In this document: positions 1-17,400 of the stretch, piece after piece
Layout of the letters: each line of letters starts with the position of its first letter
How positions within the stretch are numbered: position 1 is the stretch's first letter
Assembly (NCBI GenBank): GCA_965235115.1
Contig: OZ249436.1
Location: forward strand, 44,642,001 to 44,706,000
Length of the DNA stretch: 64,000 bases
Origin: Laetmonice hystrix
Lineage: Eukaryota
Direction of reading: 5' to 3'
Translations under genes and position numbers: made by a program
Notes under the pieces: generated by a model
Databases searched by the model: none
What the model saw: the letters and a program-made list of their open reading frames with translations, nothing else
What the model was told of the DNA's origin: nothing

Positions 1-50
1 AGAAGTAATCAGGTAGAATAACCTCCTTGTTTAGTTTCACACAGAAGTAA

Positions 51-5302
<5,252 letters not shown>

Positions 5303-7139
5303 ACTTCATTCAGCCACTGACCTCAGTGACCTTGATGTCAGTGCTAGTCAATCGGTCGGTTGGTCAGTCAGTCCAGCCTTTGCTTGTATGATTCCAAGTC
5401 AAACAGTTCAATTTCCTTCACTTACCTTTGTTTTTAACCGAGCAAAGTCATTTGTAAATATCTTATGTGTGTGAATGGTATATACTGAAAATAATACAAA
5501 TTCTCGTTCGTTTTCATGCCAATGGCCTTTCATCTTTCACACCGTGTTTCACAGATGTACCATTGAATTATTATTTCAAATCGGAGACTGTTTATCTGTT
5601 AGTTCAAAATGGGGTGGAGCATTCGTGTCTCATTCGTTGATCAATATTAAATACGTGTATTAGTGAGTGAAGAGTGCGGGGAACAGCAGAATTTGAAGAA
5701 AAATGTCCAAGACCATCTTTGAAATACGTGGCGTTGAAAGGTGGAAAGATATTATTGGAGGACTGTATTATAATGTGTTACCATTGTGATCCAAAATTAT
5801 TTTATAGCAATACTAGACCGAACTTTCAAGGGAAGTTAGTATTTTCTGTAGAGTTAAGTTTGGAAACAATCTACTTGTTTCTGTAGTTATAAATGTCTTT
5901 CTGTCTGTTTATTTATATTAAATGTCAATAGGATAGAAGACTTGGGAACTGCAAAGGTTTATTGTTGATGTTACGCCCTGAAGAATGAAGCCAAGAAAGC
6001 AGCATGTGAGATCTGTTTAAAGAAAGAAATGGCTGACATTTGTAAATGCTGTGCACAATATGAAAAACGTGTCTCTTTGCTACTGATAAGTACTTGATAT
6101 AAACTTCAGGTGTACTCATATAGATAGAATGAGTTCGATTGGGACATGGGGAAAGGGTAAATCAAATAAAACTCCCTCTACGGTACTTCTAGGGCGTGGA
6201 GTTGTGACTATGCTTAGCAATAGTAGGGACCTGAGACTTCTGAGTTGTGAACAGTTGCACATACAGAGTGGCCAAGGTGTTTACCACACAGTAGGAGTTT
6301 ATTACACTGATCTATATTGGAAGTCACAAAACCTCCTATACACCGTCATATTGGATCAGTGTATACGCTACATTGTGCGTAGTTGTACTGACTTTCCTTT
6401 GAACTTTTAATGTGTAAAGAATATTCTGTAATTCTAGCAACCATTACTCGCACACATGTGGCCCAGTGTCTTACACGTGACCAAACTCTGTCTCAGTGTC
6501 TTGATCCGTTAGCGACATGACAGCTGTATTTAATGTTGAACAGCTGTATGTAATGTTGAACACCATGTGTTCATGAGATCAAAGATACTGGCAGTAAATC
6601 TATTTATAGCCCTCATATGAACAGGTCATGAATGGGGATTGGAATTTTTTTCCAGTTCTTTCTTTTCCCTGCCCCTCTCTCTCTGTGCCGAATATACCAA
6701 AGTCAACGGAGAGGAGCTAGAGAGTGACATGACATTGTCAATAAGGTTTGAAGGTCAAAGGTCTGGGGGAAGGTCAGCATGGTGTAAAACCCAAACAATC
6801 CGAGTGTGGGACAAGGAGATTGAATGTTTGGTGGATGAGAGGTTTTTCTCATGATGACCTTCATGGAATCATTCAAGGTCAAGGTGACTTTCCCCTCCAC
6901 TCGCATTGTTCGTTGTTTACCCAGAGGTAAGTTGGCTCAATACCGTGTCAACATGAATGATTGTTTTGCTACTCGTCCTCAGCCGTCAACAGTTTTTTAC
7001 CAGGGGTACGTACATGGGGGCAGTCTGACGATCCACAGTCCTTACTCGAGATATGCGTGTCGTCTGATGGCTGTAATTTGGCAGTCGGTCATTACCCAAG
7101 ATACACAGGGTGGTCTGACTCTCAGAAGTCGGTCATGGC

Positions 7140-7681
7140 CCGAGATTTGTTCTGATGGTCAGCAGTCAGTCGTACGGTCAGCAGTCAGTCGTTACCCGAG
7201 GTCTGTTCTGACGGTCAGCAGTCAGTCGTTACCCGAGCTCTGTTCTGACAGTCAGCAGTCAGTCGTTACCCGAGCTCTGTTCTGACGGTCAGCAGTCTGT
7301 TCTGACGGTCAGCAGTCAGTCGTTACCCGAGGTGTGTTCTGACGGTCAGCAGTCAGTCGTTACCCGAGGTCTGTTCTGACGGTCAGCAGTCAGTCGTTAC
7401 CCGAGGTCTGTTCTGACGGTCAGCAGTCAGTCGTTACCCGAGGTCTGTTCTGACGGTCAGCAGTCAGTCGTTACCCGAGGTCTGTTCTGACGGTCAGCAG
7501 TCAGTCGTTACCCGAGGTCTGTTCCGACGGTCAGCAGTCAGTCGTTACCCGAGGTCTGTTCTGACGGTCAGCAGTCGGTCGTTACCCGAGGTCTGTTCTG
7601 ACGGTCAGCAGTCAGTCGTTACCCGAGGTCTGTTCTGACGGTCAGCAGTCGGTCGTTACCCGAGGTCTGTTCTGACGGTCA
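7140..7681. repeat. Minisatellite, 37-bp unit, about 14 copies, downstream of the NEDD4 stop (probable 3' UTR)
   Basis: Unit GGTCAGCAGTCAGTCGTTACCCGAGGTCTGTTCTGAC repeated in tandem. Confidence 0.93.
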
Positions 7682-7833
7682 ATCACTGTTTTCTACCCTG
7701 TGAGTAGGAGAGTTTTAGACTTGATGTATGCGCCTGACCCGTGGCCGCGCGCACTCAAAGTTTTCTTGAGTTCTTCAATGAGTGCATCAATTTCTCTACC
7801 ACTTCAGTGATGATGATTGGTGTCGGAAGTGGA

Positions 7834-7921
7834 TGGTATGGGATAGGCGGGTAGGTGGTATGGGATAGGCGGGTAGGTGGTATGGGATAGGCGGGTAGGT
7901 GGTATGGGATAGGCGGGTAGG
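7834..7921. repeat. G-rich tandem repeat, 22-bp unit x4
   Basis: GGTATGGGATAGGCGGGTAGGT repeated four times. Confidence 0.9.
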
Positions 7922-9445
7922 GAGGGAAGTTTAGGGTAGGAGTTGGGTGTTTGACCCCCTCGCCTCCCACCACCACCATTACGAGTGCATTCTTTATACA
8001 ATGTCGTCCTTGTTTAGGATCATCGACCACATGGTCTTCATCGTTTCTTGTCCAAGGATTTCAGAGGCGAGCTTCGAGTGTCGTAGATGTATTCCGCTGG
8101 TAATAAGCGTGTGAATATCTTATATACAAAAAATAAAATTACATTGCATACAATGATTCATGATCATTCGAGGTAGGCCTAATCGTTACCACCAATCGTT
8201 CATTTGTTCAGGCGATGTGTCCGTTAATGCTCGGCCATCACCACCATTTTCTTCATCATCAGTCGCTCTCATCTCGTATCACTATCAGCGTCTCGGTAAC
8301 CATAGTACTAACCATCTCCTTTCGGTCTACTTATTGGTGGCTCTTCTTTGGTGGTAATTTTTTGGTTGTTTATAATGTGGTTTATCTCAACTCAAATTGT
8401 ACGTAATTATACACATGTTATACTTAATGTATGCAAGACCTTCAACGTACATGCAAGTATTTATCAGTGTACCTACAAAAATACTAGCACTATGTGCAGC
8501 ATGCATGCATGCATACATGTTACATACATATACCCATACCTACACACCTACATACATAAGCAATGTATACTTTATGTGGTTACATGCCTGCATGCATACA
8601 TACATGAATGTACATGCAGACATACAAGATATTCTATTCAATGTATGTAGGTGATACTGTAACAATTTGAGCTTCACAAATGACATCTTTATACAAGACT
8701 TTGATCACTCGTAGCTTTCATACTGCGAATCATGCATGCCGATTTTTGTCAAAACGAGTTTTTCATGAATGTTAGAGTGTCACCCGATTTATTTGAAATG
8801 TGAGTATCAATATGGTGTCGCGTTCTACCGCTAAGTGTACAAAGTTTAGGTTAAGGAGCCCACCAAGCGTATAATATGTGAACTGAATTCAGCTATTTGT
8901 GAACTGTCATATTTTCATGTTTAATTTTTATCTGCAAGCTTGATCTAGGGAGAGTCTCCCATGTTTAATGCACAATTTACTTGATATGCCCCTCCTTCAG
9001 AAGGAATATTTTGTTTTATGCTTGGCTTTAATAATAACTATATCCTTGAATGTTGTACTTGGTCCTAGATGGCTTAGTCCAAAGTTCATTTCGAGTACGG
9101 TATGCTTAAAATATCTGAAACAGTACAAATGTTGTTGAAATTATAGTCCCAGCGAGTGTTTACTGAAGAATTTTAAGGTGCCAGGAATTCTGTTTAATAC
9201 TATGATTATTATCAGTTTAAACCCAGATTTGTAAGTTGTATCGTTTTATCAAGTGCTGGTTTCTGTACGTTTGTGTATATTTAGGGCGAAGCGTGTGTAA
9301 GCGAAGTCTGTCGAATGTCTTTTGTTGTGATCTAGTCCTATCGGTGCCCGGGCACTATTCACCATTTCTACTATTAATGACAAAACAATGTCTCGGAGGA
9401 TTCAATTCAATGGCCTTCTGCATTACAAACTTGTATCTTGTTTAT

Positions 9446-9451
9446 AATAAA
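9446..9451 (+). promoter_or_regulatory. Candidate distal NEDD4 polyadenylation signal (other AATAAA at 6165 and 8132)
   Basis: AATAAA at the end of a long T-rich, UTR-like stretch on the NEDD4 sense strand; no transcript evidence. Confidence 0.3.
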
Positions 9452-9563
9452 AATAACCATAAAAACTTATATTGTCTGCCTCTATCATGTCGCACGTTCG
9501 CATTCCCACTCAAAAAAATTTCAATCAATGAATCATCGCAGTTTAAAATGTGCTGGTCTTTGC

Positions 9564-10985
9564 CAGGTCCCATTTAGTTTTACTGTAGATGTGAAACGCC
9601 CCCTTTTGGGCGTTACTCGAGATTGGACAGGTACCATTTAGTTTTACTGTAGATTTGACGCCCCCTGTCGAGCTTCAAGGGGCTCTCACATGCTAGGATT
9701 TCAGCTACGCTATGATCCGTCCTGTGTACGATCTGATGTACGTAGTGTGATATTGGGCCAGTTTGTGTCACACTAAGCTCTCACATTCTGCGACTGTACC
9801 TAAATCACACTACACGATTTTCTAACTATACGATAAGAATATGTGAGATACGACAAGACAAAACAAATTTCCGTGTGTTGTCGGTGGTTATCGTAAAGTC
9901 TGAGAGGTTGGCCAACACGATTCTACACGACACGAATCTGTCTTGACGTGTCGTGGGAACATGTTTTTCATGACAGTTTTTCTTGTCGTGTCGTCGGAAA
10001 TCGTAATGTGTGAGAACACCCGCCTTGTCCTGTCATAGACAAAAAATCGTGTCGTGAAAAATCTTGGAGAATCCCTGCCCTATTGTAGGAAATCAGTGGT
10101 TTTCTTGTCGTATCGCACATTAACTCTGCGCACGCACCTAATTTTCCCACCCAGCTCGTTTTATTTCCAGGTCACAAGACCAGAAACTTCCCACTAACAC
10201 TCATCGTGTCATAGGAAGTTATCGTAGGAACACACAGCAAATCGTATAGTGTGAGGACAACTGTCGTACGATTATACACAACACGAAATCTTAAGACGAC
10301 AGAAAATCGTGTCCTATATACATTCGCAGCGCAAAATCGTAGTGTGAGGCAGGCTTAAGATATCGTGTGACTCTTCTCCATTCAATGCCATTATTTCCCG
10401 GCAAATTCGCACGATTGTCTCTCGGACAACAGTAAAGTTTTGAACATGTTCAAAACCCTACGATATCCAACAATCATCTAAGATCTGATGGAATCGTCTT
10501 GTCTTGTCAACCACTCACGTTATGATAGCTCGCGCACATCGCACGGTTTTAGGCATATCATAGGTGCGATATCGTAGCTGAAATCGTACCGTGTCACTGT
10601 GAGAGCCCCTTTACTCGAGATTGAGCAGGTCCCATTGTTTTACTGTAGATGTGACAAGGCCCCTTTTGGGCTTTACTCGAGATTGGACAGGTCCCATTTT
10701 GTTTTACTGTAGATGTGACACACCCCCTTTTGGGCTTTACTCGAGATTGGACAGGTCCCATTTTGTTTTACTGTAGATGTGACACACCCCCTTTTGGGCT
10801 TTACTCGAGATTGGACAGGTCCCATTTTGTTTTACTGTAGATGTGACACACCCCCTTTTGGGCTTTACTCGAGATTGGACAGGTCCCATTTTGTTTTACT
10901 GTAGATGTGACGCCCCTTTCTTTGGGCTTTAATCGAGATTGGACAGGTCCCATTTTGTTTTACTGTAGATGGGACTCGCCCCTTT
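9564..10985. repeat. 64-bp minisatellite (about 2 copies at 9564-9677 and 6 copies at 10611-10985) split by the TIR element
   Basis: Unit TACTCGAGATTGGACAGGTCCCATTTTGTTTTACTGTAGATGTGACACACCCCCTTTTGGGCTT present on both sides of the insertion. Confidence 0.88.
9678..10610. mobile_element. Non-autonomous TIR DNA transposon (~930 bp, AGGGGC termini) inserted in a 64-bp minisatellite
   Basis: Left AGGGGCTCTCACA..GATTTCAGCTACG and right CGTAGCTGAAATC..TGTGAGAGCCCCT are reverse complements. Internal TCACAC/GTGTGA and ACGA/TCGT motifs; no coding ORF; flanks TTCA and TTAC. Confidence 0.8.
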
Positions 10986-11116
10986 CCCATTTCCGGTGGT
11001 ATTGCAATCAATCTTCATCTATCCTAGTTTCTCAATCGTTTTGGAAAAACCGACATTGCAATCAAAACATTTAGAAGCAAAAGAGGAAACGAACAACCTT
11101 CCAAGTTTACACTTGC

Positions 11117-11122
11117 TTTATT
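11117..11122 (-). promoter_or_regulatory. Candidate polyadenylation signal of GATAD2 (would give a ~3.3-kb 3' UTR)
   Basis: Minus-strand AATAAA followed by a GT/T-rich element (GGTTGTTCGTTTCCTCTTTTGCTT). Confidence 0.35.
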
Positions 11123-11965
11123 GTAAATATGGACATACAAAATACCGTTATTGCAATTCACAATAAATAACCACAGGCTAGTAGTAATGGGAGATTTGCA
11201 GCACCTCCCGGTGACCTTTTCCCTGGCTGCTGAACTAGGAGGCTGAACAAAACCTAGAAATGGGGCAAACCAACTTGGTGGCCATGGCATACGAGCAATT
11301 TTAACCGGATTCGGTCCAAATACCTTCCTGTAGGTTGAGGCCATGTTTTAACAACCAGACCAAACCGAACCACCCCAGGTAGGAGATTACAACCTGGATC
11401 TGGTGGTACATGACGACTGGCCAACGACTGCTTACAACCAATCGTAGTCCGGCAGTTTTTTACAATGGTCCATGTAGTGATGATGCTCTGGTATATTCTC
11501 ATACAATAAACGGTTATCTGAATAACACAAAGGACTGTACGAGTCACTGTCTCGGTGTATGCCTCTCATCCATAACGTGCCATAGTTATCATTAGTACAC
11601 ATAAATTTCTCTTATTCTTGATTATTAAAGACTGTAGATTATTCGGACACACATTGTTGGTCATCACCGTCATCACTGCGATCTCCTAATAAATACTACC
11701 TCTTGCTGTTTTATACATTATAATTACATTACTAGTACACCCTGTCCATTTTCCTAAAGTCGGAGTCAGCTATTATCGGTCAGATGGGTGGCGTGTACAT
11801 AAAGCGACCTTTGACTCCACGTGTCCACGTTAGAACTTCCCACCTCAGAGGATGGAAACCATGACTGACTGACTGACCGTGGCCACCTCCTCCAGTGTAT
11901 AAACCTCCAGGTGTTTCCTCCCACCTCCTCCTCTATACATCGGTCCGTTCTCGTTGTCTCCCACC

Positions 11966-12181
11966 CTGGAGGATCGATGTGACATCCTCACCACGGTTTG
12001 GTATCCACGACTCGCCTTATAAACCCGCGACACAACCTCCCACACAAACTGCAAGGTCGTGCTACAACCAAACTTGGAGGATGGATGCGACATCCTCACC
12101 ACGGTTTGGTATCCACGACTCGCCTTATAAACCCACGACACAAACTCCCACACAAACTGCGAGGTCCTGTTACAACCAAAC
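11966..12181. repeat. Tandem duplication, 108-bp unit x2
   Basis: GACATCCTCACCACGGTTTGGTATCCACGACTCGCCTTATAAACCC... starts at 11981 and again at 12089. Confidence 0.9.
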
Positions 12182-14429
12182 CTTCCTGTCGCCTCACCCG
12201 GAACACTCCCCTTGGAAACCAAACCGTGATGTGGTGGTTCACCGTATGCTACTTGGGCTGCAGTTAATCTGCCTATATGACTATTCCTACCCCTAGCTAC
12301 GCATTACCACATAAGCCCATAGAACATAACATTATCTACACCTATGGTACATGACACGTGGCCGTTGTATCCTTGGGTGTATTAACCTTGGCTTTCCCCA
12401 ATAGTCTCGGTAACTGCCTATACATGGTGACCAGCCGCCTGTAACTGATTGTCCAGCCATAACAGTATAAAACAGTCCGACTGTCTCGCAGTGTCCTAGC
12501 CGTCATTATGCTGGGTTTCGTACAGAACAAACTTTCCCTAGATCATGTAGACTGAACACAGATTTTGCTGACCTCACGTAGGGGTGCGTCCTTGTTTGCT
12601 GCCGTTGATGCCAGTGGGGATGAGGGTGTGGGGTGCATGGTTTCCAGAGGTCCTACTTCTCCTTTAAGTTTAGTATGCCTCCTATACCCGCCGTTGAGCA
12701 GGGCTGGTACCAAGACGTTATGTGACGGGGAGATATTATCTGGGTGGTTATGAATCATCCAACCCCACACCGCCTCTCCACTGGGGCCCTCAGCCGGCCC
12801 CAGGACCCCAACCCTCCTGCCTTACACACCCCTCCACACCCCACTGGCTCCCAATCTCTCCACCCACGTCCCTTACACTAGTATCAAAGCGCCACCACTC
12901 CTACATTGACAACATTGACAAGGTCTACCCTGTAGTGTGCCACTCCCCGGGCTGGGTGGGACAGTGGCTATCCTTGAACAATTTTACCCATTTCACCTTT
13001 TACTGTGTTTTGTTATTTGTGAGAACATTATGGTGAGAACGCTTACAAAATGGCCGTGGTCACGTGATCAGGTGAGCAGGACGAATCACAGCCACCAGCG
13101 GCTGGGGTGGGGGAATAGAGTGACCTCTGGCGGGAGCTGGGCGAACCGCCTGCCGACACAGTTACAACTGATCACCACATCACCACCAGAGATTACACAT
13201 GTCATCAATGTAGCTCATTCAACCTTAGAGCTGGGGTAAAACACCCAACCCTCACCCCGTCTGCTGACCTCACACACACTCAAGAGATTCTCTGTGTGAA
13301 CTAACAGATTTTAACAGATACACTCGTTCCATGGAATAATTTTATGGGGGAAATATTGAGGATAAAAAAAATTTAGACCCAAAACAAAATACCCACAAAA
13401 ATCCCCCAGATTGTACATCAAATGGCTACCTTTTGTCTTTGGTAAGAATTCTAGGTGGCTAGTCTTAATTTATGTACATCCTCTTCAAACATGAAGTCTA
13501 TAGTGTTGATACAAAAAAACATACCACATACATCAAACCGGTTCAGGAAAAAAGCTATGGTAATAAAATATGGTTATGTTATAAAATGATTATTCCACAG
13601 AGAATGAAATGTAACATTTTGTTACCCTTATCACTTAGTGGTCAAGAACATCTTGTATCGACATTTTATAATCACGATACATGACAGCATTCTATGGGAG
13701 ATTACGGGTGGGGGAGTAACTTGTCAACTTAATACAATCTTCATGATCAGACAACATACTACACCAATAAAATTACTTTGTAACAATGGTTCTATTATTT
13801 CTTTGAGAGTTTGCTTCAATTAAACATTTGACCTGCAACACCCAGCCGGTTCTGTCAAATGTAGCCGTACATTTTGCTCTCCAGTTGTTCCATGGTATCA
13901 CCTCACCGAAATAATTGTGTGAAATGGCACTGGAAACTGTAAGGTCTTTTCATCAATATTGACGGTAAGTTGGCCTGTTCCTGCTGTGTACTAATCTTTG
14001 CCATTTTGTACCTCTGGGAACAGAAAGCAATGAATGGCATCAAATTGTTTGTGGCTCAACCAACCTGCTACCACAGAGTAACTGACTGGCAAAGCAGAGT
14101 GAAGAATGAGAAAGTCACAGTTCAGGACAAAACCTCTGTGGTCCAGAGTAAGTGACACTGGAGATATTTCTTACATGGAACACTGATATATTCGTCAGAT
14201 GTGCCATCAAGGTGATGTTATCCAATGTAAGAATTCTCACTTAGTCTTAGTGATCATTCTTGTTAAGTGCCGTTATCAAATGGTGCACTGTGGGTATGAG
14301 CATCATGTGGGGGACTGTCTCAAAGAGTCAGTCTGTGATGGACAAACCCTCAACATTCGGGGCTCTCTGTCGGTGGCAGGCATTTGGGGCCCACGGACTG
14401 GTGGCGAGACCTAGAGCGGCTCTACCACA

Positions 14430-17400
14430 TCAACTCTTCCATAAAACAGTATTCTGGGGCAGATTGCGAGAAGGGATCATGTCGAGTAGGATCTGCCGCT
14501 GTAGATCAGCCTTAGAGGGCATGGCCGTCTGAAAGGGGAAGCTGAGCCGCGGGTTGAACTGCAGTCCCAGTGGGTTTACTCCTCGAAGCTGAGCCTGGTG
14601 GGCCTGGATCAGGTTTTGGTGTTGTCGGATCTGCTCATTGGTTGGTTTGAGCGTCGTTGAGAGGTTCATCGGTGAGCCTGAGTGGGCAGCTGCGATCTGT
14701 GCGAGGTGGTGATGAGAGCTCAAGCTGGAGTGGGTCACCGACGGGTGTGCGGCCTGCGCCGCAGCTGCTGCTTGCTCACGCTCACGTTCCCTCTCACGCT
14801 GTTGCTCCCTCTGTTGTTGCTGTTGTTGCTGCTGCTGCTGTTGTTGCTGCTGCTGCTGTTGCATACGTTGTTCTATCTCCTGCTCCTGCTGAAGGGCCTT
14901 CACAAAGGCCGACTTGAGACGGTTTGTGTGCTCCTGTTTTAATGCTTTTTTCTGGTTGGTCGTCACACAAGTCTCACATATGACATTCTTCGAGCCTGGT
15001 TTGTCCCGTTTCCAAACAGGAGTAAAATCTGTGCCACATTGCACACATACAAATGGGTTGAAAACATATTTAACATCAGGTTTAGTTTCCCCTTTTGCTC
15101 GTGCATCATTTTCTGTGATGAATTTCACTACTTCCTCGAGACCAACCAGCATGATGAACTCATTTCCCAGAAGACTCGGGATGAAGTTCATCTCTGGAGG
15201 AGGGGGTTTGGGTGGAGGGATCTGAAGCAGTGTTTTCTCGAGTTGTTTACGCAGGGCAAGTTTGGCAGCGGCCTGTCTCTGGGCGGGAGTCTGTTCTGGC
15301 TGCTGAGGCGCTGACTGCTGGTGAGAGGACTGCGATGATATATGGTGCGACGATGAATGCGACGAGTGAGACTGTGGTGAACTTCGGTAGCCCGGAATCA
15401 TGTTGGATGGGTTGTTGCTCGAGGTGCGCATGCCGTGATGTGAACCCATGTGATTGGACGGCCTTGGGGCCATGACCAGCGGGGGCGGGCCCTGGCCGTG
15501 AGAACCACTAGAATGGGACCTTGCGTGAGAAGACTGCGGCTGACTGCGCATCATGTGAGGCATCATGTTAGATTGGTTTATTTTGCCATGCATTGATTGC
15601 TGACTACTGGAGCCTGATCTAGGTACCAGGGGAGGAGGACCATGCGGACTCCGACCAGGGGGACCCTTGCTCTGCTGGCTCGGTGTCGCATGTGGCTGAG
15701 AGTCCTGTAGGTGAGCCATCACCTGACTTTGACGGATTTTTTTCAGTAACACCAGTTTGGCCTCCTCATTTCGAAGCTCCTCCTGCAGTGCTCGCACCAG
15801 GCGGCGTTTTTCCTTTAGGCGGTCGGTGCTAAACTCACGAAGCCGACCCTTTGTTCGATTCTCTTCATCTTCGTCAGACAACATGATGATCTCTGCAGGC
15901 GAGGTTGACTTGGAAAGATCCATTGGGGCACTCAGATCTATAGGTCTGTCCATATTTTCTTTATCACTGTCAGAGCCCTTCTCGCTCTCAACATCACCAT
16001 TAGTCTGCGGTTTATCTTGGTTTTCAGATTTTGACTCTTTACTCTCTGGCTCCGGTTTATCCTTGGATTCTTTGCCCTTGTCACTGGCCTCCTCCGGGCC
16101 TTCCTCCTGTGAAGGCTCCGGGGTCGAGGCACCTTTGGAAGTTTTCTTGGCGTCTAAATCATTGGACACCTGATCATGTTTATCATTGTCAACCTTAACA
16201 TCCTTTGTGCTGTCATCACTGGCGATGTCTCCATCCATGGCACTGTCATCATTCTCCGTGCATAACCTGACAACAGAAAGACGACCATTCTTCATACAAG
16301 TGTTCTCAATCTGCGCAACATAAGAAATCTAACATGATGAATGCTTATCTTTGTAGTTTGGTAGATAGACATACTGTGATAGACTCGGGGCTTGAATTAT
16401 CAAATTATCAAAAAAAGATTAAAGGGGCATATTATGAGGAAACGTTAAAAATCGGTATTTCATAGAACTTTTGCTGTTTTCATAAAGAGATCCTTCATTA
16501 AAATTGCTTGGTAAACAAAGACAGACTTATCAGTTTCATTTTGCGTAAGAAAACGAAGTTTATTAAGCTCCCTTGCCCGCTTCTCTGCCGATTCCGTAAA
16601 ATATTTTTTGGGTGGCATTCTGATGCCGGGCGATCGAGTGCCACTGCTGAATTGTTTACAACTAAGCAAAGCACGTGACTAAGCACATGCAGAGAGTGCA
16701 CACGCAGGATGTGACACAGTATGCAATTACACGGGTTGATGGGAGGTTGGATGTTGGATAATTGCCGGAAATCCTCAAAAACGTGTTTCATAGTATGCCC
16801 CTTTAAGTGAGCTGGAATTACCAGCCTTTGCCTTTGTGCATTCACGCCTCCAGAGTTCAGACGGTGTAACATAATATACAGGTCTGTATCTATTTCATAT
16901 CTGCAGTTCTAAAGTAAAAAAGTACATGTAGTCTGCCACATCCAGACAGCATTCTTCGATTGCCTCACCTTTTTTTGGAAGAAACACCATCTGGATTTGC
17001 GTCTGTATCAGGACGGTCAGTATCCATCCTTTTTCTCTTGGCTTCTCGAGACTTTCCACTCTCAGGTGCTATACTGTCTCTGCTGTCTGCATCTTCGGTT
17101 TCACCACTGCAACATGCAATCAACTCATAGAATACAAACTCATATACAGAATACATCAAAACTTATAAAGCAAGAGTTAGATTTTAGCAGCAGCATTAAA
17201 TACGTTATTTATTCTCTGCGGTCGAATACTGCCAGTGCCACTGCCTCAATTTAGAACATAAGACCAAAGGCATTCAGGGGTAGAAAAATCTGGTAGTCCG
17301 ACGCCCAGTACTAGCGATTTTTTGGGGACAGACTACCTCCAAAGAGCCAAGCCAGTGCTTTAAACTAGCCCGATGTATGTGCCCTTATAATGCAACACTA

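Noticed and set aside
14657..16173. Plus-strand ORFs overlapping GATAD2
   Set aside because: Antisense shadows of a low-complexity coding exon.
16267..16295. ORF-track start MKNGRLSVV as the GATAD2 N-terminus
   Set aside because: This is intronic sequence ending in the acceptor TTGTCAG; two upstream exons splice in frame and supply a better start at 17714.
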